Shown here piece by piece: positions 15,572-24,249 of a stretch of DNA of 32,000 nucleotides. The stretch is from Aliivibrio fischeri ES114. GTDB taxonomy: Bacteria > Pseudomonadota > Gammaproteobacteria > Enterobacterales > Vibrionaceae. The notes beneath the pieces are model-generated. The model searched no databases. It worked only from the letters and a program-made list of their open reading frames with translations, and was not told the DNA's origin. Location: NCBI RefSeq assembly GCF_000011805.1, contig NC_006840.2. One strand, written 5' to 3'. A program made the position numbers and the translations under genes. Within the stretch, counting starts at the first letter, position 1, and each line of letters starts with the position of its first letter.

Positions 15572-16090
15572 ATGTTCGAATGGTTTGAAAGTATTTTTGT
15601 TACATCGAGTGATAAATCTAGATTTATCGCAATTGTTGTTTCAACTTTTGTAGCTATCTTTGTTTTGTTATTAAGCCAGAGGTTTACAACAAAACGTGAA
15701 CGTTCGAAGTTATTAATCGAAAAAATTGAAGAAATGTATAAAGTTTCAATCGATTATTCTAGTGCTGCTAATCAGATACTTAAAGATCTTAATAATCCAA
15801 AGAAATATGATAAAAATGGATATTACATCATCGATCAAGTGGTATATGGGAATATGAATGATTCAATTAGAAAAATGGAAATGCTGTGTGGCCTTTATTT
15901 TCCTAAAATTGAGTTTAAGGTAAGTGATTATTCGATAGTTAATATGCCAATCGTTAATATTGCCATAAAAGGGAAAAAATTAAATGAGGGTGAAGCCTAT
16001 CATATTTATGAGGATTCCCGAAATTATATAATTAATGCAGAACAAAAAATCACAAAATTATGTAGAGAGCTTATAAGAAAATATGTGTAA
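15572..16090 (+). CDS. Hypothetical protein with N-terminal TM anchor (172 aa)
   Basis: The ORF-track start at 15452 lies in attC-8. ATG 15572 follows GAGGAAAG. TM helix FIAIVVSTFVAIFVLLL. The rest is soluble with no recognisable motif. Confidence 0.55.
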   Translation: MFEWFESIFVTSSDKSRFIAIVVSTFVAIFVLLLSQRFTTKRERSKLLIEKIEEMYKVSIDYSSAANQILKDLNNPKKYDKNGYYIIDQVVYGNMNDSIRKMEMLCGLYFPKIEFKVSDYSIVNMPIVNIAIKGKKLNEGEAYHIYEDSRNYIINAEQKITKLCRELIRKYV

Positions 16091-16095
16091 AAGAT

Positions 16096-16158
16096 ATATA
16101 ACAAATGCATCAATAACGATTTGCTACACTCGGCATATTAGTCTGCCGAGTGTTTTTT
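16096..16158 (+). repeat. attC-9, truncated (left half of a family-A attC only)
   Basis: Inverse core ATATAAC at 16096-16102, then the left arm caaatgcatcaataacgatttgctacactcggca. A perfect 10-bp hairpin (acactcggca 16126-16135 / tgccgagtgt 16144-16153) is followed by T6. There is no right arm or GTT core. The methyltransferase fragment begins at 16168. Confidence 0.7.
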
Positions 16159-16167
16159 CATTTAATA

Positions 16168-17093
16168 TTAACCTTTAAATGTATTAATTGTTTTTGTATA
16201 CATTTCTTCTTCCATCTCAATCCCCACAAACTTTCTATTAAGTGCTAAGCACGCTTTTCCTGTTGAACCAGATCCCATAAATGCATCAAGTACCACTGCA
16301 CCTTCTCGACTACTACTTGCAATAATATGCTCGAGTAAATTTGCAGGTTTTTCACAAGGGTGTTTGCCTGGATAATATTGAACTGGTGCAAATGTCCATA
16401 CGTCGGTATAAGGTACTTCGGCTGTGACATGAAAAGGCCTTCTGAGGTTTTCATATTCCGCTTTTAGTTCATCGTATTCCTTGATCAGTTTTCCGTATTC
16501 ATTGTGCAATGCTTGGTACTCAGTTGTAAGGTCGGAGTGTGATTTGGGTAATTGACCACTTTTTGATGCGAACAAGGTTTGCAGTTGTTGGTATTGTTTC
16601 TCTGTGGGCAGTTTCCATTGACTCGATGAAAACCAGTGTGAGCACATTTGTGTGCCAGTGGCCTCATTGATTTCTTTTGCTGAGATATTGAGTGCGTCCT
16701 TCGTGTTTTTGAAATAATCCATCAGTGGTTTAAAGGTGGTTTTTTTTAGTTCATTGCATTTGGTTGCGTACTGGCTACATCCTTTCGCGTATCCTTCAGA
16801 GTCATAATGTCCCGCAAAGATAATACGTTCAGTCGCAGGAAAGAACGCCCGTAAGTGCGGTTTGTGCGCGCGTTTCCACACCCCTGAAGGTTTCGCCCAA
16901 AAAATGTGATTAAATACGTTAAATCGCGCACGAATAAGCAACTCAGTATCCGCTGTTAACTTTGAACCGCAAAATAGATATAAGTTGCCAGAAGGTTTTA
17001 GTACTCGCCAAAATTCAACAAGCACTTCATCAAGCCATGCCAGGAAGGTTTCTACATCTGGCCATTGATTATCCCAGGCGTGATTTAAGCAGT
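16168..17093 (-). pseudogene. N-terminally truncated N6/N4 DNA methyltransferase (beta-class) fragment
   Basis: The C-terminal AdoMet motif region is present: HPCEKPANLLEHII...VLDAFMGSGSTGKACLALNRKFVGIEMEE. The reading frame is open upstream of the GTG to ...HCLNHAWDNQWPDVETFLAWLDE, then hits TAA at 17094-17096. The N-terminal (D/S)PPY motif is absent. Confidence 0.75.
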
Positions 17094-17352
17094 GTTATAA
17101 AGAATTCTATCAAGTTTTAAAGAGTATTGATTTTGAATTCCCTAAAGGGCAGGCAGTGCATGTATTGAGGCATACGTTTGTAAGTCACTTTAATATAAAT
17201 GTAAGGAATATTTTGACTTTAAAGAAAATTTTGGGCCACGGATAGTATTGCAAACAATGGCATATGCTCATTTAGCGCCAGATTATTTAGCTAAGCAGTG
17301 GAATATACCTTATTGTCTACACTATGACCGAATAGGGGCAGCAGGTTTGTAA
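17084..17352 (+). pseudogene. C-terminal fragment of a phage-type tyrosine recombinase, frameshifted
   Basis: Frame 1 reads FYQVLKSIDFEFPKGQAVHVLRHTFVSHF...NILTLKKILGHG then a stop. Frame +1 continues IVLQTMAYAHLAPDYL..., ending at TAA 17350-17352. This covers the box II HxLRHT motif and the catalytic Tyr region. No N-terminal part is present. Confidence 0.75.
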
Positions 17353-17424
17353 TAGTCGGTTATGTTTTCGGTTGATAATTGATTGGTTTAAGATGTAACA
17401 ATTTGATTTGTAAGGTAATAAAAT

Positions 17425-17447
17425 AGGCTGAAATTCAGCCTTTTTTA
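17425..17447. terminator. Bidirectional terminator downstream of yciN and of the island
   Basis: Stem aggctga (17425-17431) pairs with tcagcct (17435-17441). T-run follows on the + strand and an A-rich run precedes it. Confidence 0.6.
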
Positions 17448-17476
17448 TTTTCTACATTGTACCAAAAAAGTCGCAG

Positions 17477-17722
17477 TTATTTAACCGTAAACTCTTTTGA
17501 TAAATGGTGCGCAAGGTATTTAAACATATTGAAAACAGCGGTTGTTTTTTCAGTAGGAAGACCTTGGTCTGATAAGAAGTATTCTCCTTTAAACACAAGA
17601 ACTTCATCTTTCTCTTCTACGCTAGTCGCACGCATACCTTCAAGGTAGTTTTCGTGATCTTGAATGATTTGATTGGCAATTAACAGTAAATCAGCCTCAG
17701 AAATGGATTTTTTATCGCTCAT
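17477..17722 (-). CDS. yciN: YciN (DUF2498) small protein
   Basis: The 81-aa sequence is collinear with E. coli YciN (...VLVFKGEYFLSDQGLPTEKTTAVFNMFKYLAHHLS). It holds the conserved position next to topA. Confidence 0.8.
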   Translation of the reverse strand: MSDKKSISEADLLLIANQIIQDHENYLEGMRATSVEEKDEVLVFKGEYFLSDQGLPTEKTTAVFNMFKYLAHHLSKEFTVK

Positions 17723-18156
17723 AAGTCACTCATTTTTTGCTATATAAAAGAGGGATTCTAAGCTCAAAAAATGAAAATCACAACGAATGTGGCATATCAA
17801 TTCAAAATAATAGCTTACTTGTATTCACTTTTTCTTACCAAAGTCATTGAAAGATAAGTAGAGTCACAAAAAGGCATTTTATTGTGAGCAGGTGCAAGAT
17901 ATTAAACTAAGCTTTTGAGCTTAAACTCAGTAAATGCTAATAGATGCGCACTGTTATGGATTTGCTAGTTGAATAATCACATTTGATTAACAACTGTCCA
18001 AAGCGCGACCATTCAGCACTGTTTGTAAAAAAAGTGGTTGACGTGATGCCATACACCCTCAATAGTAATATATAGATAAACATTAGATTTTAGTTGTGGA
18101 TTAAACGAAAATCGGCAGCTAAGTAAATTTCAACACGAGGACGTTAGTGAGACATT

Positions 18157-20787
18157 ATGGGTAAATCTCTAGTTATCGTGGAGTCACCAGCCAAAGCGAA
18201 AACCATCAATAAATACCTTGGCAAAGACTTCATCGTAAAATCCAGTGTAGGTCACGTACGTGATTTGCCTATGGGTTCGACAAGCACTGGTAAAAAGGCA
18301 GCAGCGTCGACCAAAGGGTTAAGTGTTGAAGAAAAAGCACGAATTAAAAAAGAAAGAGATAAAAAGAACCTAATTAATAAAATGGGTATTGACCCATACA
18401 ATGATTGGGCAGCTAACTACCAAATCCTTCCGGGTAAAGAAAAAGTAGTAGCAGAATTACAAAAATTAGCAGAAAGCGCAGATACCGTTTATCTCGCAAC
18501 CGATTTGGACCGTGAAGGGGAAGCTATTGCGTGGCACCTTCGCGAGATCATCGGTGGTGATGATTCACGCTTCAAACGTGTGGTTTTTAACGAAATCACG
18601 AAAAATGCGATTCAACAGGCATTCGAAACTCCAGGTGAACTAAGCATGCCTGGCGTAAATGCACAACAAGCTCGTCGTTTCTTAGACCGTGTTGTTGGCT
18701 TTATGGCATCTCCATTATTGTGGAAGAAAGTGGCTCGTGGTTTATCTGCTGGCCGTGTGCAATCGGTAGCAGTGAAAGTATTGGTAGAGCGTGAGCGTGA
18801 AATCAATGCTTTTATTCCCGAAGAGTTTTGGGATATTCACGCAGACACGTTAACAGCAGATAAAGAAAACTTCCGTCTGCAAGTAGCACAACGTAACGGT
18901 TCAGCATTTAAGCCGCTTAATCAAGCAGATACAGAAGCAGCTGTAAGCATTCTTCAAAATGCAGAATACGAAGTGTGTAAACGTGAAGATCGCCCAACGA
19001 AAAGTAAGCCATCTGCACCATTTATTACATCAACACTGCAACAGGCGGCAAGTACACGTCTAGGTTATGGTGTTAAAAAGACGATGATGTTAGCTCAGCG
19101 CCTCTATGAGGGCGGTTACATCACTTATATGCGTACTGACTCAACTAACTTAAGTAAAGAAGCTGTAGAGGCGTTACGTGAGTTTATTGGTTCTGAGTAT
19201 GGCGATAGCTATTTACCAGCAGCTCCTATTGTTTATGGTAGCAAAGAAGGTGCTCAAGAAGCCCACGAAGCGATTCGTCCTTCAAGCGTAGAAGTAAAAG
19301 CGGACGACCTACAAGGTATGGAAGCTGATGCGCATAAACTGTACAACTTAATTTGGAATCAATTCGTAGCATGTCAAATGACACCTGCGCAATATGATTC
19401 AACAACATTGAGCGTAAAAGCAGACGAATTCACACTAAAAGCTAAAGGACGTATCCTGAAGTTTGATGGTTGGACGCGTGTACAGCGCCCAATGGGTAAA
19501 AATGAAGATCAACTGCTTCCTGCTGTGCAACTTGGCGATAAGCTAAAGTTAGAAAAACTGGATCCTAAGCAGCACTTTACTAAGCCACCAGCTCGTTTCA
19601 CAGAAGCGGCATTAGTTAAAGAACTAGAGAAAAAAGGCATTGGTCGTCCATCGACTTACGCATCAATTATTTCAACGATTCAAGATCGTGGTTATGTTCG
19701 CATTGATAACCGTCGTTTCTACGCTGAAAAAATGGGTGAAATCGTAACTGATCGTCTAAATCAATCATTTGATGATTTAATGGATTACGACTTTACAGCT
19801 CGCATGGAAGGCAATCTAGATAGAATTGCAGAAGGCGAAAAAGATTGGAAAGATGTGCTTAATACATTCTTCCAAGATTTTACTGCAGACATTGCAAAAG
19901 CAGAGCTGGATGAATCTGAAGGCGGTATGTCTCCAAATAACATCGTTGAGACAGATATTAAATGTCCAACATGTGGTCGCAATATGGGTATCCGTACTGC
20001 ATCTACAGGTGTTTTCCTTGGTTGTTCAGGTTATGCATTGCCACCAAAAGAGCGTTGTAAAACAACCATTAACTTAGGTAGTGAAGAGGGCATTGTAAAT
20101 GTTCTTGAAGAAGACGTAGAAACAGCTGCATTACGTGCGAAGAAACGTTGTCCTAAGTGTGAAACGGCGATGGATCCTTATCTAATTGACCAAGAGCGTA
20201 AGATTCACGTTTGTGGTAATAACCCGAACTGTGAAGGTTATGTGGTTGAAAAGGGTGAATTCCAACTTAAAGGATACGATGGTCCTGTTGTTGAATGTGA
20301 CAAGTGTGGTTCTGATATGGAACTGAAAAACGGTCGCTTTGGCAAATACATGGACTGTACGAGTGAAACATGTAAAAACACTCGTAAGATCTTAAAGAAT
20401 GGTGAAGTTGCTCCACCAAAAGAAGATCCTGTACATCTACCAGAATTAGTATGTGAAAAATCAGATGCTTATTTTGTATTGCGTGATGGTGCGTCAGGTC
20501 TATTCTTAGCTGCGAGCACTTTCCCTAAATCACGTGAAACACGTGCACCATTAGTGGAAGAGTTAGTTCGATTTAAGGATCGTTTGTCGCCTAAGTTCTT
20601 ATACTTAACAGAAGCGCCAACACATGACCCTGATGGTAAACCTGCGGTAGTTCGTTTTAGTCGTAAAACAAAAGAGAACTATGTTCGTTCAGAAGTGGAT
20701 GGCAAGCCAACAGGTTGGACTGGTTTATATATTGATGGAAAGTGGGCTATTACCGATAAGCGTAAGAAGCCAAAAGCTGAAAAATAA
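18157..20787 (+). CDS. topA: DNA topoisomerase I
   Basis: Toprim N-terminus [22 protein letters not shown]. Active-site region YITYMRTDS. Multiple C-terminal CxxC zinc ribbons. 876 aa. Confidence 0.97.
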   Translation: MGKSLVIVESPAKAKTINKYLGKDFIVKSSVGHVRDLPMGSTSTGKKAAASTKGLSVEEKARIKKERDKKNLINKMGIDPYNDWAANYQILPGKEKVVAELQKLAESADTVYLATDLDREGEAIAWHLREIIGGDDSRFKRVVFNEITKNAIQQAFETPGELSMPGVNAQQARRFLDRVVGFMASPLLWKKVARGLSAGRVQSVAVKVLVEREREINAFIPEEFWDIHADTLTADKENFRLQVAQRNGSAFKPLNQADTEAAVSILQNAEYEVCKREDRPTKSKPSAPFITSTLQQAASTRLGYGVKKTMMLAQRLYEGGYITYMRTDSTNLSKEAVEALREFIGSEYGDSYLPAAPIVYGSKEGAQEAHEAIRPSSVEVKADDLQGMEADAHKLYNLIWNQFVACQMTPAQYDSTTLSVKADEFTLKAKGRILKFDGWTRVQRPMGKNEDQLLPAVQLGDKLKLEKLDPKQHFTKPPARFTEAALVKELEKKGIGRPSTYASIISTIQDRGYVRIDNRRFYAEKMGEIVTDRLNQSFDDLMDYDFTARMEGNLDRIAEGEKDWKDVLNTFFQDFTADIAKAELDESEGGMSPNNIVETDIKCPTCGRNMGIRTASTGVFLGCSGYALPPKERCKTTINLGSEEGIVNVLEEDVETAALRAKKRCPKCETAMDPYLIDQERKIHVCGNNPNCEGYVVEKGEFQLKGYDGPVVECDKCGSDMELKNGRFGKYMDCTSETCKNTRKILKNGEVAPPKEDPVHLPELVCEKSDAYFVLRDGASGLFLAASTFPKSRETRAPLVEELVRFKDRLSPKFLYLTEAPTHDPDGKPAVVRFSRKTKENYVRSEVDGKPTGWTGLYIDGKWAITDKRKKPKAEK

Positions 20788-20810
20788 TCAATAATAAGAT
20801 ATCAAATGAA

Positions 20811-20838
20811 AGAGCTGCAGAAATGCGGCTCTTTTTTT
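20811..20838 (+). terminator. topA rho-independent terminator
   Basis: Stem agagctgc (20811-20818) pairs with gcggctct (20825-20832) with one G-U. T7 run follows. Confidence 0.7.
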
Positions 20839-20934
20839 ACGTAATATTTGTCACAAATAGTCATATTTTTAATTATTTCAAAATAATCTTTGATCTAACA
20901 CGTTATACCGAATAGCAGTAAAAGTAGATAATCG

Positions 20935-22395
20935 ATGGAATTCAACATTTATTGTTCTATGGAAGTCGGAAACGTTATGCGTCAATACATGAAGTATTTA
21001 ATCCCAACAATTATTCCTCTCATCATTTTATTGATGCCATTGTCAGCCTTTCCATTTGAAGGCATGACCATAATCCAACAGCGTGTTATTGCTATATTTT
21101 TATTAGCAGCGCTATGTTGGGTATTTGAACCGATTCCAATTTATGCCACTTCGGTTGTGATCATCGTTTTAGAATTATTAATGGTATCAAATAAAGGTTT
21201 TTTCTTATTTAAGATGAACCAAGATTCACCTCAATTTGGTGAGTTGTTGAATTACAGCGACATCATGGCGACGTTTGCAAGCCCAATCATTATGCTGTTT
21301 TTAGGTGGTTTCTTTCTCGCAATGGCGGCAACGAAATACCGTTTAGACGTTAACTTAGCACGTGTATTACTAAAGCCGTTTGGCAGTGATCCTAAATTCG
21401 TAATGTTAGGCTTAATGCTGATCACTGGTATTTTCTCAATGTTCATGTCAAATACGGCGACAACGGCGATGATGCTATCTATCTTAACACCTGTTATTGC
21501 TGTATTTGGTCCTAAAGATCCAGGTCGTGTTGCTTTTGCCTTGTGTATTCCTATTGCAGCGAACATTGGTGGTATTGGTACACCAATTGGTACTCCTCCT
21601 AATGCAATCGCACTTAAATATTTAGTAGGTGATAATTTAATTACGTTTGGTGAATGGATGGTCTTTGGTGTGCCATTTGTTATTGTGATGATGGCGTTAG
21701 CATGGTTTTTAATTAACTATTTGTATCCTGCTAAACAAACATCCATGAACTTAAATATTAAAGGCAAATTCTTAAAAACGCCGAAAGCCATTACGGTTTA
21801 TATCACGTTTGCAGGGACGATTTTGTTATGGTTGATGGGATCAAGCCATGGCATGAATTCGTATACAGTTGCTTTAATTCCTGTAGCCATATTTTCTATT
21901 ACAGGGATCATAAACAAAGAAGATCTTAAGAAGATCTCATGGGATGTGTTATGGCTAGTTTCTGGTGGTATCGCTCTAGGCCTTGCATTAGATAAAACGG
22001 GGTTAGCGAAACTGGTTGTTCATAGTATTCCTTTTGACTCTTATTCTCCTTATGTTGTGCTATTTGGTGCTGCGTTCTTGTGTTTATTAATGGCAAACTT
22101 TATGTCGCACACTGCAACAGCAAACTTATTAATGCCAATTATGGCAGCTCTTGGTACTTCAATGAGCTCGTTAACTCCGCTCGGTGGCGAACTTACGCTA
22201 ATCTTAATTGTGACTTTTGCTGCATCTTTAGGTATGTCTTTGCCTATCAGTACGCCACCTAATGCGTTAGCACACGCAACAGGAAATGTAGAAAGCAGCC
22301 AAATGGCGAAAACCGGTGTTATTTTAGGGATTGTCGGGGTTTTATTAAGTTTTGTTATGGTGTGGGTTCTTCATTCAGTAGGTCATATTGGATAG
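20935..22395 (+). CDS. DASS/SLC13-family Na+-coupled anion (dicarboxylate/sulfate) symporter
   Basis: Polytopic membrane protein with duplicated SNTATTAMM ... PPNA and SHTATANLL ... STPPNA hairpin motifs. The true start may be ATG 20977 or 20989. Confidence 0.8.
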   Translation: MEFNIYCSMEVGNVMRQYMKYLIPTIIPLIILLMPLSAFPFEGMTIIQQRVIAIFLLAALCWVFEPIPIYATSVVIIVLELLMVSNKGFFLFKMNQDSPQFGELLNYSDIMATFASPIIMLFLGGFFLAMAATKYRLDVNLARVLLKPFGSDPKFVMLGLMLITGIFSMFMSNTATTAMMLSILTPVIAVFGPKDPGRVAFALCIPIAANIGGIGTPIGTPPNAIALKYLVGDNLITFGEWMVFGVPFVIVMMALAWFLINYLYPAKQTSMNLNIKGKFLKTPKAITVYITFAGTILLWLMGSSHGMNSYTVALIPVAIFSITGIINKEDLKKISWDVLWLVSGGIALGLALDKTGLAKLVVHSIPFDSYSPYVVLFGAAFLCLLMANFMSHTATANLLMPIMAALGTSMSSLTPLGGELTLILIVTFAASLGMSLPISTPPNALAHATGNVESSQMAKTGVILGIVGVLLSFVMVWVLHSVGHIG

Positions 22396-22398
22396 TTT

Positions 22399-23739
22399 AT
22401 GAATCAAGAAAAATTACAGCGATTAATTGGAGCGTATTTTTCTCAACCTGAGCGTCGGGTGACGCTTCCTGCAGGTGAAACACTACTTGAGCAAGGAGAA
22501 GATAACGATCGTTTGTATTATGTCTGCTCTGGTGAACTTGAAGGGTTTTATCAAGAAGAAAATAGCGAAGCGCAAGTCAAAGTGTTCAGTGCAGGAGAAG
22601 GGGCATTTATTGGCGTTCACAGCTTTTTCTCTGAAACCTTAATTGCGTCGTCGACGGTTATTACTAAAACAGAAACTGAATTAGGGTGGATTGACTCTAA
22701 AACAACGGCCATTGATTTGGATAGATATGGTCCTTTGACGGCGCAATTTACTCCAATTATTGTTAATGAGCTTTCACGTCGTCAGCGACGAGCAATGCAT
22801 GAATCTATAGAAAAAGAGAAAGCGTTACAAAAGTTATATACCGCAGAGCAAATGACAACGTTAGGGCAACTTGCCGCAGGTATTGCTCATGAGTTGAATA
22901 ATGCTGTTGGAGTATTGAGTAGTAAAACCGAAAGACTTCAAAGTATTATTTTAGAGCTACTCGAAGAGATTCATCCCGAAGCGAGCAGTTTTGTTGACCA
23001 AGGTTTAATGTTTGGACAAAACATCAGTTCAGCGGAGGTGAGAAAGCGTGGACGTGAGTTGGAAGTGACTTATGGTATAGAAAGAGATACTGCAAGAGAA
23101 CTCGCTCGTGCGGTTCCTGAAGGAGAACTTTCAAAGTATTGGTTAAAAAGCCCAGAGCAAGCAGTGCGGTATTGGAATATAGGACGAGATCTTCACGATA
23201 TGCGTCTTGCTGCAAGGCACTCGGTTGGGATTGTTCGTTCCGTTAAGCAACTAGGACGCACTGATATTGATACCGATGAAGTCTTAGACGTTAACGACAG
23301 CATAAATAAAGCCCTTGTGTTATTGCAAAGTGATTTACGACGAGTGTCGGTTCATTTAAGTCCTGCAGCAATGCCTATGGTAAGAGCATCGGCGACTGAG
23401 CTCGTCCAAATTTGGGCAAACATAATTAAGAATGCCAGTGATGCCATGAAGCATACACAGGAGCCGGAAATTGAAATATCAACTCGGGTATCGAATCGAT
23501 TTGTTTTGGTTACGATTGCTAATAATGGCCCTGAGATTGATGAAGCGACAAGAAGAAAAATTTTCAGACCAAACTTTACCACTAAAAAAGGTGGGCTTTC
23601 GTTTGGCTTAGGGCTTGGTTTAGCTATAGTTAAACGAATTATCAGTGGATATGGTGGTTCGATAGCGGTGAAAAGTAACCAAGAGAAAACCATTTTTAGA
23701 ATTAAACTACCTGTCGAGGACAGTCATGGAAAAACTTAA
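22399..23739 (+). CDS. Soluble histidine kinase with N-terminal cyclic-nucleotide-binding-like domain
   Basis: No TM segments. The N-terminus (GEDNDRLYYVCSGELEGF...GEGAFIGVHSFF) resembles a cNMP-binding fold. H-box IAHELNNAVGVL, N-box NIIKNASDAM, G-boxes NNGPEI and GLSFGLGLGLAI. It starts 3 nt after the transporter stop. Confidence 0.8.
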   Translation: MNQEKLQRLIGAYFSQPERRVTLPAGETLLEQGEDNDRLYYVCSGELEGFYQEENSEAQVKVFSAGEGAFIGVHSFFSETLIASSTVITKTETELGWIDSKTTAIDLDRYGPLTAQFTPIIVNELSRRQRRAMHESIEKEKALQKLYTAEQMTTLGQLAAGIAHELNNAVGVLSSKTERLQSIILELLEEIHPEASSFVDQGLMFGQNISSAEVRKRGRELEVTYGIERDTARELARAVPEGELSKYWLKSPEQAVRYWNIGRDLHDMRLAARHSVGIVRSVKQLGRTDIDTDEVLDVNDSINKALVLLQSDLRRVSVHLSPAAMPMVRASATELVQIWANIIKNASDAMKHTQEPEIEISTRVSNRFVLVTIANNGPEIDEATRRKIFRPNFTTKKGGLSFGLGLGLAIVKRIISGYGGSIAVKSNQEKTIFRIKLPVEDSHGKT

Positions 23740-24199
23740 TCTGATTTGTGTGGACGACCAAAGAGAAGTTCTGAGTGCCGTTTTACAAGATTTGGCACCA
23801 CTTAAAACTTGGGTGAATATTGAAGAGTGCGAGTCTGCGGATGAAGCATTAGATCTATTGGATGAATTAGATAGTGAAGGCGGCTACATCGCTCTTGTGA
23901 TTTCTGACCATATTATGCCGGGTAAAAATGGTGTTGAGTTATTAACGGATGTATCTCATGACTATCGTTTTTTGAGAACCAAAAAAGTACTATTAACTGG
24001 GCAAGCGACTCATCAAGATACTATTACTGCGATTAATCGAGCACGTATTGAAAGTTATATTGAAAAACCGTGGAATGCGAGTGAATTGTTGGCACTAGCT
24101 ACAAGACTTATCACTGAATACATTTTTGATAAAGGGTTGGAATATACGGATTATCAAGAACATTTAGATCAACAAGTCGTGCTAGATAGATTACGATAG
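23726..24199 (+). CDS. Stand-alone receiver-domain response regulator
   Basis: Receiver motifs: ICVDDQREV ... LVISDHIMPGKNG ... YIEKPW. There is no output domain. It overlaps the kinase gene by 14 nt. Confidence 0.8.
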   Translation: MEKLNLICVDDQREVLSAVLQDLAPLKTWVNIEECESADEALDLLDELDSEGGYIALVISDHIMPGKNGVELLTDVSHDYRFLRTKKVLLTGQATHQDTITAINRARIESYIEKPWNASELLALATRLITEYIFDKGLEYTDYQEHLDQQVVLDRLR

Positions 24200-24208
24200 G
24201 TAAGTAAG

Positions 24209-24244
24209 TTAAGCATCTCACTACAGTGAGTAGGAGATGCTTAA
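24209..24244. terminator. Long hairpin between convergent response regulator and ldhA
   Basis: Stem ttaagcatctc (24209-24219) pairs with gagatgcttaa (24234-24244). There is no clear U-tract. Confidence 0.4.
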
Positions 24245-24249
24245 GTCAG

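Larger units (their letters stand above)
7598..16158 (+). mobile_element. Integron gene-cassette array without integrase in the window (CALIN-like): nine attC sites, cassette ORFs mostly on + strand
   Basis: There are nine ~105-126-bp imperfect-dyad repeats. Each starts with an RYYYAAC-like inverse core, which often supplies the TAA stop of the preceding ORF. Each ends in a GTTRRRY-like core. The repeats are spaced 0.5-2.4 kb apart. No tyrosine recombinase of IntI type lies to the left. The left boundary is uncertain. Confidence 0.85.

Noticed and set aside
8215-16158. Regularly recurring ~105-126-bp repeats considered as a possible CRISPR array
   Set aside because: The repeats are too long, are internally imperfect dyads with RYYYAAC/GTTRRRY ends, and fall into three families. 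The 'spacers' between them are 0.5-2.4 kb and contain full genes. These are attC sites, not CRISPR repeats.
16245-16931. Three short minus-strand ORFs inside the methyltransferase fragment
   Set aside because: They are alternative frames of the same strand within a recognisable methyltransferase reading frame.
17457-17648. 63-aa + strand ORF
   Set aside because: It is antisense to yciN, which has a clear homologue-like sequence.
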